DNA of 33,612 nt from Candidatus Micrarchaeia archaeon (GTDB taxonomy: Archaea > Micrarchaeota > Micrarchaeia > Anstonellales > J096), in the NCBI GenBank assembly GCA_041500405.1, contig JBGQMB010000005.1:1-33612 (forward strand), written 5' to 3'. The notes beneath the pieces are model-generated. The model saw nothing but the letters and a program-made list of their open reading frames with translations. It was not told the DNA's origin and searched no databases. Position numbers and translations under genes: made by a program. Each line of letters begins with the position of its first letter. The stretch's first letter is position 1. Below, in pieces: positions 1 to 9,265 of the stretch.

Positions 1-2
1 AG

Positions 3-266
3 TTCTATGTGAGTTATGACCCCATTAGCAAACAGAGCGTGACGAAAGTGTATAAGGGCAACGTCACTGTGGCAGGCGCATCTGGCTCAATTGAACTTGC
101 TGCCAGTGAACAGGTCACAACCACGCAATCCGGCAACGGCGCAGTTATGGAGTTCGACCCTTCGGAGGATGACACCCCGTTCGGCGGAGGGGCGGCGTGC
201 TGCGCGCCGGCGGCCATTGTGATGGCAATTACATTGATTGGGGCGGCAACGCGCAGGAACAGGTAA
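3..266 (+). CDS. C-terminal part of a surface protein (FecR-like beta region followed by a CGP-CTERM-like membrane anchor); 5' truncated by the window
   Basis: Frame is open from the window edge. VTKVYKGNVTV...IELAASEQVT resembles the end of FecR domains. Ends GGGAACCAPAAIVMAITLIGAATRRNR (Gly linker, Cys-Cys-x-Pro, TM helix, basic tail). Confidence 0.65.
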   Translation, partial: FYVSYDPISKQSVTKVYKGNVTVAGASGSIELAASEQVTTTQSGNGAVMEFDPSEDDTPFGGGAACCAPAAIVMAITLIGAATRRNR

Positions 267-300
267 TGTTTTAATACCGTTTTCGCAACGTTTCGGTTAT

Positions 301-1719
301 ATGAAACAGGGCAAGGCAAGCGAAAGGCAGAAGCAGAACCTCAAAAACGCCATTTATCAGGGAATGGGCTATTTCGCAACGTACGGGTTTGGCGAGCTCT
401 ACGTGCCGGCATATGCGGTGTTGAGGGGCGCGACCGAGCAGTTCATAGGCCTTTTGGCGTCTGTCCCGCTTGCGCTGGGGATGATGCTACAGGTCTTTTC
501 GCCGTCCATAATGAGGAAACTCAGGGAAAGGAAGGCCCTTGTCACGGCGTTTTCCCTTATCGGGGCGCTGTCCTGGGTCTTCATGCTTGGAACGGCCTTC
601 ATTGTCCCAGAGGCTGCGCTTCCGCTCCTTTTGATTTTCTTCAGCGTCTATTATATAGTGGGCATGGCCGAAGGCACGCTGTGGAACAGCTGGGCGGCGG
701 ACCTTGTGCCAAAATCCATCCGCGGGACGTATTTCGGGCAAAGGAACGCGTGGATGCAGATAGCCATGGTCGTCTCCACGCTGATTGCCGGCATCATCCT
801 GGACTGGTTCAGGGACGGGACGGTTATTCTTGGGTTCTGCGCGCTTTTCGCATTGGCGTTCATGTGCAAGATGGCTTCCTGGCATTTCCTTTCAAAGATA
901 GACGACCCGCATTACGAGCACAGCAAGACCCTGTCGCAGCATCCCTTTGATTTCTTGAAAAGTGGAAACCCGGAGCTCAAGCACCTTATAGTGCTTTACG
1001 GCGCGTTCATATTCACTGTGCAGCTGATGTCGCCGTTCTTTGTCGTATACATGCTTAGGGACCTTGGGTTCAGCTACCTGGAGTTCATGGCAGTGACGCT
1101 GGCATCGCAGGTCGCGACGGTGTTCGCGTCGCCGTACTGGGGCCGCGTGAGCACGGCGCACAGCAACAAGACCGTGCTGTCAATCTGCCTGCTCATGACA
1201 TCCGTTGTGCCGGTTTACTGGTTTTTCCTGACGTCATTCTGGCAGCTTGCGCTTTTCGAGATAATGAGCGGCGTGGCATGGGCCGGAATAAACCTCTGCC
1301 TGTTCAACCACATACTTGCCAAGAGCAAGTCCGAGGATGTGTCAAGCAATTGGTCGAACAGGATTTTCTTTGCAGGCATAGGCCTGCTCCTCGGCCCAAA
1401 CGTTGGCGCGATTGTGCTTGCCTTGCTGAGCGGGATAATCCTGTTTTCAATGGACTCGATGCACGTGCTGATGCTGCTTTCGGCTGCAGGCAGGCTTGCA
1501 ATGGCATTGGCCATAATATTGGCAATAAAGGAGGCGTCGCTTCTGCTGGACAGCAAAAGAAGGGCGCTGCTTGTTGACCTTGCGCTGGCAAACCCTGCAA
1601 AGGAGTTCATGGTGGGCACGCTCGGCGTTGCGGCAATGGCAGCATCTTTGGCAAAGGGCGGAGTGCGCAGTGTTATCCATTCGTCGAAGAAGACGCTTGG
1701 CGCAATAAGGAAGAGATAG
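301..1719 (+). CDS. MFS transporter
   Basis: About 12 hydrophobic helices; WNSWAADLVPKSIRGTYFG and YWGRVSTAHSNK loop motifs. Start moved from 238 to ATG 301, which has TTTTAATA ~25 nt upstream and avoids overlap with the previous gene. Confidence 0.9.
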   Translation: MKQGKASERQKQNLKNAIYQGMGYFATYGFGELYVPAYAVLRGATEQFIGLLASVPLALGMMLQVFSPSIMRKLRERKALVTAFSLIGALSWVFMLGTAFIVPEAALPLLLIFFSVYYIVGMAEGTLWNSWAADLVPKSIRGTYFGQRNAWMQIAMVVSTLIAGIILDWFRDGTVILGFCALFALAFMCKMASWHFLSKIDDPHYEHSKTLSQHPFDFLKSGNPELKHLIVLYGAFIFTVQLMSPFFVVYMLRDLGFSYLEFMAVTLASQVATVFASPYWGRVSTAHSNKTVLSICLLMTSVVPVYWFFLTSFWQLALFEIMSGVAWAGINLCLFNHILAKSKSEDVSSNWSNRIFFAGIGLLLGPNVGAIVLALLSGIILFSMDSMHVLMLLSAAGRLAMALAIILAIKEASLLLDSKRRALLVDLALANPAKEFMVGTLGVAAMAASLAKGGVRSVIHSSKKTLGAIRKR

Positions 1720-1757
1720 CCCGGGCATATCGATTAAAAACCCTTTTGTGTAATATT

Positions 1758-2312
1758 ATGAATGTGAATGGAAATATTGACAGGAAGATGCAGACAAACG
1801 GCGCAGCGGCAGGGGCTTTCGGCAATGCCGTGAGCGGACAAGGGCCTTTGGAAAATGCAAAAGGCAACAGGGCCGCGCTTGCGCGCTATATACGGCTATA
1901 TTATGAAGAAAGGCCCAACATACTGAATGTTTTGGCCATCGAGCAATTGCTCGCCAATGTTTCTGGGATTGAAGGCATGGCAAGCCGCGCGTTCGTGATG
2001 GTTCCGTTGGACAACCTGAACCCTTGGGCCGTTGAGCTCGCCTGCGGCATTGGCAAGGCGCCAAAAGAGCCCCTTTTCTCGAACACTAAGGTCATCTTAT
2101 TTCTCCAGGGGGAGGAGGCCCGCGCGATAGTCGGCATAGTCTCCAGCCCGGAATCCATAGGGGAGTTCGACTATATCAAGCTATGCGCATTCGCGGCCCC
2201 GATAAGCCCTGCAAGGGGCAGGATATTTGTTAATATCGCCCACAGCCACGGGATAAAGCTGAAAATGCACGAGATGATAGGGAGCGGCTGGACCGCATTC
2301 TCACCAGGATGA
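1758..2312 (+). CDS. hypothetical protein
   Basis: ORF fills the gap between the MFS gene and the convergent rdgB. Start uncertain (1746/1758/1788). No recognised family. Confidence 0.6.
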   Translation: MNVNGNIDRKMQTNGAAAGAFGNAVSGQGPLENAKGNRAALARYIRLYYEERPNILNVLAIEQLLANVSGIEGMASRAFVMVPLDNLNPWAVELACGIGKAPKEPLFSNTKVILFLQGEEARAIVGIVSSPESIGEFDYIKLCAFAAPISPARGRIFVNIAHSHGIKLKMHEMIGSGWTAFSPG

Positions 2313-2313
2313 A

Positions 2314-2883
2314 TCAGGCCTTTCTTGATATCCATTTTGCAAATGCGGCCAACGCCTTTCCCCTGTCGGAAATGGCATTCTTTTTCCTGTTTTCTTTGTC
2401 ATCCATCTCTGCAACTGTCTTGGAAAATCCGTCAGGGACGAAAATGGGGCCATAGCCGTAGCCTTCATTTCCCCTTCCCCTTGCGGATTCAGCAATCTTC
2501 CCGTTCACAATGCCGTCAAAAACCTTTACGCCGTTTTCGTCAGCATAGGCGATCGAACACTTGAAAAAAGCCTTCCTGCTGCTTTTTCCCTTCAATAGAT
2601 TGAGTATGCCGGCGCATCCTATCCTTTTGTAAACAAACGCGGAATAGGACCCAGGAAATCCGTTCAGCGCATCAACGAAAAGCCCGCTGTCGTCAAGGAA
2701 AAGCGGTTTTTTGACAGCGAGGTAAAGCCGCTCAGCGCTCTTGCGCGCTATTTCGGACGTGTCCTCCCCGCGCGGCTCATCATACTCAACCTCAAGATGT
2801 TCTATCTCAACCCCTTTCTGGCCAAGGATTTGCCTCGCATCCGCCAGCTTTTTCCTGTTGTGCGTGGCGAAAAGGAGTTTCAT
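2314..2883 (-). CDS. rdgB: non-canonical purine NTP pyrophosphatase (HAM1/ITPase family)
   Basis: FATHNRKK, DDSGLFVDALNGFPG, GYGYGPIF and SDRGKAL (SHR-like) motifs; ATGA overlap with glyS. Confidence 0.95.
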   Translation of the reverse strand: MKLLFATHNRKKLADARQILGQKGVEIEHLEVEYDEPRGEDTSEIARKSAERLYLAVKKPLFLDDSGLFVDALNGFPGSYSAFVYKRIGCAGILNLLKGKSSRKAFFKCSIAYADENGVKVFDGIVNGKIAESARGRGNEGYGYGPIFVPDGFSKTVAEMDDKENRKKNAISDRGKALAAFAKWISRKA

Positions 2884-4319
2884 ATTATCCTCTTTGAAAC
2901 TTCGGAGGAATTTATCCTTTCCTGCTTCATGCTTTCCCTGTCGCGGAGCGTGACAGTGCCTGAGCCAAGGACCTCATAGTCGACCGTTATTGAAACGGGT
3001 ATGCCCATCTCGTCAGCGCGGGCGTACCTCCTGCCTATGCTCCCTGTATCGCTGTAGAACACGGAACATCCTTTTGACGTCAATGCGTCCATGATTTCCT
3101 TTGCCTTTGCGTCCAATCCGTCCCTTCTTTCAAGCGGGAAAACGGCGACGTTGTACGGCGATATTTCCCTGCTTATGCTGAGCCACTCGTTCTCCCTTTG
3201 TTTTGAAGGTTCCCTGTATCCGTGGTCTATTATGCAGTAGAACAGCCTATCCAAGCCTATGGACGATTCAACGCAGTTCGGTATGACGTTTCCCTTCTCT
3301 GTTTGGAGCGTAAGGTTCTTTCCGGAAAACTTCTGGTGCCTTCCAAGGTCGTAGTCTGCCCTGTGCGCGTTGCTCATCACTTCAAGTATTCCGGCCTCTG
3401 TCTCAATCTCAACGTCGATGCTTACCTTTGAGTAGTGCGCCTTCTCGTCGTCCCTCAGATGCCTGAACCTCACCTTTGACATGTCAACGCCGGTCCTTTC
3501 CAAAATTTCCATGTCCATGCCAAGCAGCGAACCCAACGGCTTGTTTATCTTTCCGTCCTCAAAAAGCTTGCCTATCTTTATTTTTTTCAGCGTCTTCCCG
3601 TCCTGCGACATGAACGGTATTGCCTTGTCCTTGTATCTTTCGTAAATGTTGCAGTTGAAGTTGTTCGGGTCCACGAAATACTCAAGCTCAAGCTGGGAAA
3701 ACTCCCTTAGCCTCAAAAGGCCCTGCCTTGGGCTTATTTCGTTCCTGAAGACCTTGCCAAGCTGGCCTATGCCGAACGGAAGCTTCAGGCCAAGCGTCTT
3801 TGCGTTCCTTATCGTTGACGTGTAGATGCCCTGCGCGGTCTCTGGCCTCAAATATCCGGCCATTCCGCCGTAGCCTATCGTTGTGCTGAACATGAGATTG
3901 ACTTTCCTGAACTTTCCAAGGTCGCCTCCGCAAACCGGGCACTTGAGCTTGTGCTGGTTGTGGATGCTTTCGATGGTCTCCATCCTTCCGTCCCAGGGGA
4001 TGCCGAGTTTCTCTTCAATGAGCTTGTCCACCCTTATCACGGAATGGCATTTCAGGCATTCTCCCGCAGGGTCCGTGAACTCGTCAACGTGGCCAGAGGC
4101 TTTGTACATTATTTCCGGCCCCACTATCGTGGACTCGACCTCGTGGAATCCGGGCCTGTCTATGAAGACATTCCTCCACATCTCCACTATCCTTCTCTTT
4201 ATCCTTGCGCCTATCGGCCCGTAGTCGTAGAAGCCGGCGATGTTCTCGTAAATCTCGTTGCTCGGGTAAAAGTATCCCTTCTTGAAGCAGAAGTTGAGTA
4301 TTGCCTCGTATTTGCCCAT
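2880..4319 (-). CDS. glyS: glycine--tRNA ligase (alpha2, archaeal/eukaryotic type)
   Basis: GFYDYGPIG, ASGHVDEFTDP, YLRPETAQG, FRNEISPRQGLLRLREFSQLELE, SIGLDR, and anticodon domain SIGRRYARADEMG. Start 4319 has a GGTG RBS and TTTAAA ~25 nt upstream. Confidence 0.97.
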   Translation of the reverse strand: MGKYEAILNFCFKKGYFYPSNEIYENIAGFYDYGPIGARIKRRIVEMWRNVFIDRPGFHEVESTIVGPEIMYKASGHVDEFTDPAGECLKCHSVIRVDKLIEEKLGIPWDGRMETIESIHNQHKLKCPVCGGDLGKFRKVNLMFSTTIGYGGMAGYLRPETAQGIYTSTIRNAKTLGLKLPFGIGQLGKVFRNEISPRQGLLRLREFSQLELEYFVDPNNFNCNIYERYKDKAIPFMSQDGKTLKKIKIGKLFEDGKINKPLGSLLGMDMEILERTGVDMSKVRFRHLRDDEKAHYSKVSIDVEIETEAGILEVMSNAHRADYDLGRHQKFSGKNLTLQTEKGNVIPNCVESSIGLDRLFYCIIDHGYREPSKQRENEWLSISREISPYNVAVFPLERRDGLDAKAKEIMDALTSKGCSVFYSDTGSIGRRYARADEMGIPVSITVDYEVLGSGTVTLRDRESMKQERINSSEVSKRII

Positions 4320-4434
4320 GAAAACACCTTTGGCATCATGGCTTTTAAACAATTGTGCATCCGGTTTTCATTTTATACATCTTGCCACAAGGATACACTA
4401 TTTAAAAACCTTATTATAGATATATTATATCAGT

Positions 4435-7400
4435 ATGGCGCACATTGACTTTAAAAAAGCTTTTATATACAGTGCTATTGTTGCAGGACTGGCATCCAGC
4501 CCTGCCTACGCGAAGTACAAGGCAGTCGGTGAAAATATGGGAGATCAAACTGTTGTGGCGGGAACAACCCAGGTCATTGATTATAAGAAGGGAGCGAATT
4601 TCCTTTTCGGCAAATACGGCACTTTTGGAAAACTTACACTGAAGGACTATCTCGATTTCATAAAGGCGTTCAAGATAGACAGGGATGAGACATTCAGGGA
4701 AAATTTAGGCATAAAAACCGACAAGGACAGAAAGAATGTGCTTGCCATGCCGGCCCTGACGAAACAGGAGTTCGCGAGGCAGGAAATGACGACGACCGGA
4801 AAGGTCGTCCCGAAAAAGACGCTTGCTGGAATATCTGAAGGCGAAAAGGACTGGACTGTGGAATATTACCCTGCCGCCGGGCTGGCATCAGCGTCAGTCA
4901 CGCTCAGGTCTGTGTATGACAAAGCAGCGACCCTTTCGGCAGATGCATATAGCGCGCTGAGGGATTATGCCAACACGGCCAACGAATCCGGCGTTGCAAG
5001 CGATGCCGAGAAAAAGACCGTAGCCGTGACTGCAGTCATGCTTTACGGCGTAGACCAGTCATTGGTGCCGCAATATTTCGCTGCGGCAGAAAACCTAGCA
5101 GGGCTTTGCAGGAACCAGCCAAACGAATACAGAAAAGTAATGGACCGGCTGGCAGCCATGATAGACGCCAAGACTTCCGCAATCTATTCCAAAAACGTAG
5201 AGGCACAATTGCCCATACAAAAAACCTCGAGAAACATTTCCAATGCGCTTGGCGAAATATTCAGGCTTGGCGCAGAGGACATGTACAGGCTCAACAGGCT
5301 TAGCCTCATGGATAGGAATGTATATATAAACAACTATCCTCCTTACGAGATACGCCAGAAGGTATCCGGCTGGCAGCAAAACCTGCTTGAAGGCAGGATG
5401 GAATCCTGGCAAAGGTTCCAGCCGATATATCCGTTTCCGACTAGGATTTATCTGCCTATAGCCGGTTCTATGCCAAAAAGCGCAATAGGTGTCGATATAA
5501 GAGGCGGGGGAGGCATGCAATATGCCAACATTTGGAATTATTGGTCCCAATCCTGGGCAGGAAATGTGGGGACGTCAATCATAAACTACGTTTCCCCATC
5601 GCACCGCGTCAGCGGGGCTCATGGCAACCTGCCTGTAACGCTGATTTCCCCAATGGGAATATCCGGCCTTGTTGACAAAATACGCGCAGCATTCGTGGAA
5701 ACCGAGGCGCCATCGTATGGCTTGAAAGCCGTGGGCGCGGGCTTGTACAGCACAGGCAGCAAAGAAACCGGGGCTGGGGGCGTTGCTTCATACGCCACCA
5801 AAAGCGGAGGCCTGGCCGGAGGATTCAATGTGTCACCGGAAAATGAGCTTGATTTTGCGGGCCTGAACATGGTTGCGATACCGCTGGTTCCTGGCAAGGC
5901 CGCGGAGACAGTTGACCTGAAAACAGCCATTTCCTCGTATGATTCCGGTTCCAGCGCCCTGAAAGGGAGCATCAAGGCGGCATGGAAATCGGCATACAAG
6001 CAAAGCAATGAGCCGACTGACAAGATGGTAGAAGATGCCATGGAACGCACTTACTACAACCAGAAAAACAGTCCTGCAGACATGGCTTTCTGGAAAGGCA
6101 TAAATAAGGTCGTGAAAGGCCCTGTGCTTGCTGAGAATCCGGTACGCGCGGCAATAGAAGATTTCACAGTGGGCTGGGAAAAGACGGCGTATGAAACAAA
6201 AGAGGCGCTGCTTCAGTCCATCAGCGCAATCTACGGCAAGAACCCTAAGAATATCATACTCTTGGCAAGCAGCTCAGCCAACGAAACCAACCAATGGGCG
6301 GCTGGCAGGGCATACTTGATAACAAAGGATGCGCAGGTGTTTGAGCTGGCGGCTGGCTCAAGCTCGTTCAACAAAATGCTCAATTACATAGCAGGATACG
6401 GCAGCGACGAGGCTTTGCTTCCCAAAACATATGCCTGGAATGTGGAAAACCAGCTAAAGAAAGGCGGGGCCGTCATTGCCTTGGACCTTGGCACCGTTCC
6501 GATCCTGTTCCAATTCCAAGACTATCCTGGAGTTGGCAGCAACAGCAAGCTTGTGACATGGACAGCTGCGGGCGGGACAACGCGCGCTAAAAAGGGCGGC
6601 GAAACGGAGATTCACGAAATTTCGCTTCCAGGAACGCTGTATAATATAGGAAGCAGGGGCGAGGTCACGAGCCAGCACGCCAACTATGCATTAAGGCACT
6701 TTGAAGACAAGAAAAGGTGGGAATTTGACGCCGGAATCACTGCCGGCAAAAGCACGCTTGGGCTGGAAAGGAAGGCATTCCAAGGCACAGGGTTCCTCAT
6801 GAAGTGGGAACAGGGCGACATGGACAAGAGGGCGAGCATTTTGCAGCGCGGCTTCGGGCTCAGCATGCAAAGGCTTGGGGGACAAGCGCTGCAGCTTGCG
6901 GACAATTTTGCTGAAGACGTGAACAGCCTTTACCGCATATCAGGAACGCTGTATGGCTCAAAGTCGCCTGCCGGAAGCGACATGATAGTCGGCGGGCTTC
7001 TTCACGTTGTGGAACAGCTTAGGGGAGAGGTGGGCAACGACCGCTATGACGCGACACTTTTCAGGTTTGTTGGATTCTTAAGGGGTCTTAAGAACTGCGG
7101 AATGCTTGACGTCACGCGCTCATCCTGGATAGACAGGATGCTCGGCGACTTTGACGATATGCGCAGAAGTTCCGGGCAAAATCCGTATGCCACAGAAGCC
7201 CTTATGGACGAGTTCCAGAGAAAATACCTTGGAAATGTAAGGGCACTTATAGACAACTATTATCTGGGAGTCCAGCTGGACAGCGACTTTTCGGTCGAGT
7301 TCAGCATGCAGGCAAAAGAGAGCAGGGGTGACGACTGGACCGGCCAGATGGTTGAACGCGGGGCAGGGCGCATGCTGTACACATGGGACGGCGGTTTCGT

Positions 7401-8322
7401 TCGCGGCTACTGCCAGATGCCGATGCTTGATTATTTGTCTCCTATAGAAGGCCTAGTTGGAGCTGGAGCCGGATTCGACCTGTTCAAATCCGTCTGGCTT
7501 CCGCGTCTTGCGGCCGATGCAGGGGTCGTAACTGTCTCGGAAAAGCAGAGAGTGAGTGGTTTCGTCCAGGCCGGAGCGGAGGTTTACTCAGACATACTGG
7601 AGGATGCGGCCGCGTATAGGCGCCTTGTTTCGGATGAAACGCTGGCTTTGGAGGGCAAGTTCTCTGAGATACCAAAGAAAGCGCGCGAGGAGATTCTTGG
7701 CAATTTGAAGAATATCACAAAGGGAAAGAAGGCCGACCAGGAAATGAAGGACGCCATTTTCATTATTGAAATGGGTAAGGACGCAAAGGACGTTTCTTCA
7801 GTCCCGAAAGAGGTGAACAGGGCAGTAAAGGCCTGGTTTGCTGACGAAAAAGCAGAACTCCAGAAAAAATTCAACGGCCACACCCGCGTTTATGCAGGGG
7901 CAAGCCTTTATGGGCTTGGCCACGGCCAGTTCTACGGGGACATTGGGGCATTCGTTGAATATGCAGACCGCCTTAAGGCATATGTAATTGTCGCTCCTAG
8001 AAAGGAGGTTTCGGTGTATTTGGGCGCGGACTACGACTTTGACAGATCCCTTTCATTGGGCGTGATTGCCGGAGCCAGCCCAAAGGGGCTTAGCGGGGGC
8101 TTATCGTTCTCGGTGCCAGTGACAATAGCAGGCCACGAGGGCATTTTGAGGGCATACGGAGTCAGGACGACGCTTGGGGTCTTGCCGTATTCGCCGCCGT
8201 TCTCGTTTGCATACGAGTATTCAACCAGAAACGACTGGGTCTATGGGCTAGTGTGGACATGGGGGTTGAACCCGTTGAAGCCTACGCAAACACGTGAAAA
8301 ACAGCAAAGGTTCGGCAGGTGA
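4435..8322 (+). CDS. large secreted hypothetical protein (1295 aa), C-terminal two-thirds rich in amphipathic beta-strands
   Basis: Signal peptide MAHIDFKKAFIYSAIVAGLASSPAYA|K; uninterrupted ORF; many Gly/aromatic alternating segments such as TRVYAGASLYG, VSVYLGADYDF, LSGGLSFSV, WVYGLVWTWG. Confidence 0.85.
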   Translation: MAHIDFKKAFIYSAIVAGLASSPAYAKYKAVGENMGDQTVVAGTTQVIDYKKGANFLFGKYGTFGKLTLKDYLDFIKAFKIDRDETFRENLGIKTDKDRKNVLAMPALTKQEFARQEMTTTGKVVPKKTLAGISEGEKDWTVEYYPAAGLASASVTLRSVYDKAATLSADAYSALRDYANTANESGVASDAEKKTVAVTAVMLYGVDQSLVPQYFAAAENLAGLCRNQPNEYRKVMDRLAAMIDAKTSAIYSKNVEAQLPIQKTSRNISNALGEIFRLGAEDMYRLNRLSLMDRNVYINNYPPYEIRQKVSGWQQNLLEGRMESWQRFQPIYPFPTRIYLPIAGSMPKSAIGVDIRGGGGMQYANIWNYWSQSWAGNVGTSIINYVSPSHRVSGAHGNLPVTLISPMGISGLVDKIRAAFVETEAPSYGLKAVGAGLYSTGSKETGAGGVASYATKSGGLAGGFNVSPENELDFAGLNMVAIPLVPGKAAETVDLKTAISSYDSGSSALKGSIKAAWKSAYKQSNEPTDKMVEDAMERTYYNQKNSPADMAFWKGINKVVKGPVLAENPVRAAIEDFTVGWEKTAYETKEALLQSISAIYGKNPKNIILLASSSANETNQWAAGRAYLITKDAQVFELAAGSSSFNKMLNYIAGYGSDEALLPKTYAWNVENQLKKGGAVIALDLGTVPILFQFQDYPGVGSNSKLVTWTAAGGTTRAKKGGETEIHEISLPGTLYNIGSRGEVTSQHANYALRHFEDKKRWEFDAGITAGKSTLGLERKAFQGTGFLMKWEQGDMDKRASILQRGFGLSMQRLGGQALQLADNFAEDVNSLYRISGTLYGSKSPAGSDMIVGGLLHVVEQLRGEVGNDRYDATLFRFVGFLRGLKNCGMLDVTRSSWIDRMLGDFDDMRRSSGQNPYATEALMDEFQRKYLGNVRALIDNYYLGVQLDSDFSVEFSMQAKESRGDDWTGQMVERGAGRMLYTWDGGFVRGYCQMPMLDYLSPIEGLVGAGAGFDLFKSVWLPRLAADAGVVTVSEKQRVSGFVQAGAEVYSDILEDAAAYRRLVSDETLALEGKFSEIPKKAREEILGNLKNITKGKKADQEMKDAIFIIEMGKDAKDVSSVPKEVNRAVKAWFADEKAELQKKFNGHTRVYAGASLYGLGHGQFYGDIGAFVEYADRLKAYVIVAPRKEVSVYLGADYDFDRSLSLGVIAGASPKGLSGGLSFSVPVTIAGHEGILRAYGVRTTLGVLPYSPPFSFAYEYSTRNDWVYGLVWTWGLNPLKPTQTREKQQRFGR

Positions 8323-8370
8323 ACGCGCACAACGCAAGATTATTAAACAGTGCCCGATAGAGGGTATACC

Positions 8371-8748
8371 ATGAAATTCGAACTGATGGATGTGCTGTTT
8401 GTTGAAGCGAAAAAGGCGTCTGAACGCCCTCCTCAAAACATAGACTCCAAGATAGATATCAGGAATGTCGAAATAAGTGCGGGCAACCTTGTGATTGATT
8501 TTGTGTACTCGGCGGATTATATCACTGATGGCGGTTATATCAGGATAGGCGGCAGGGCGCTGTTCAGCGGCTCCGACACAAAGGCCGCGCTCGATAGCTG
8601 GAAAAAGACAAAAAGGATAGACGGCAAAGCTGGGAGCGACATAGTCAACGCAATCAACTACGGCTCTTCCCTCAATTCCGTATTTGTTGCGCGCGTGCTC
8701 AACATGGTGCCGCCGCTTGCGCCCCCGACAATAGAGCTCAAGAAGTGA
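8371..8748 (+). CDS. conserved archaeal hypothetical protein, possible SecB-like fold
   Basis: Four beta-strands then helices, ending ARVLNMVPPLAPPTIEL, reminiscent of SecB-type C-termini. ATG 8371 preferred to GTG 8350. Confidence 0.7.
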   Translation: MKFELMDVLFVEAKKASERPPQNIDSKIDIRNVEISAGNLVIDFVYSADYITDGGYIRIGGRALFSGSDTKAALDSWKKTKRIDGKAGSDIVNAINYGSSLNSVFVARVLNMVPPLAPPTIELKK

Positions 8749-8766
8749 GATTTGGATTTTGTAACC

Positions 8767-9264
8767 ATGGCCATGCATTTCCGTTCCGCGTTTCTGTGTG
8801 CCGCAACGGCGCTGTGCGTAGCCGGTGCGCCGAATGCGGCCAGGCTTGAGCAATTCAAGGGCGCATCTGAAACGGGCAAGACAGCATGGGCCGCAGAGAT
8901 TCTATCGTTGAAAGAAACCAAGAAGAGCATAAGGCCGGAAATGGGCCTGTGGCTTGTTCCAAAGGGATATTCCTACTCCACAGCAACAGGGGGAATCCAA
9001 AGGTCTAGATTTGATGAAGTGGAAACCATCCTCATAACCATAAACAGGATAAAGGAATTCGTTGAGGACCTAAAATTTGGCGGCTCCATAAAATCCAGGG
9101 AAACGGGAAAATGGTCCATATCCCTGAATGTCGGGATAGAAAAACGGAACGCAATCCTTTTCAGGTCTGTCATAATGGGCGAGCAGTATGTGCCGTTCAC
9201 CAAGCTTATTTCAGGCGTCCTTTTCTCGCCAAGGTTTGACGCTAACATTAAAGTGTATTTCTGA
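8767..9264 (+). CDS. secreted hypothetical protein with C-terminal beta-signal-like motif
   Basis: Signal-peptide-like MAMHFRSAFLCAATALCVAGAPNA; ends FDANIKVYF-stop. Confidence 0.7.
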   Translation: MAMHFRSAFLCAATALCVAGAPNAARLEQFKGASETGKTAWAAEILSLKETKKSIRPEMGLWLVPKGYSYSTATGGIQRSRFDEVETILITINRIKEFVEDLKFGGSIKSRETGKWSISLNVGIEKRNAILFRSVIMGEQYVPFTKLISGVLFSPRFDANIKVYF

Positions 9265-9265
9265 G

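Noticed and set aside
1758..2312. GNAT-like fold for this hypothetical protein
   Set aside because: Strand pattern is only vaguely similar and there is no clear acetyl-CoA-binding motif A.
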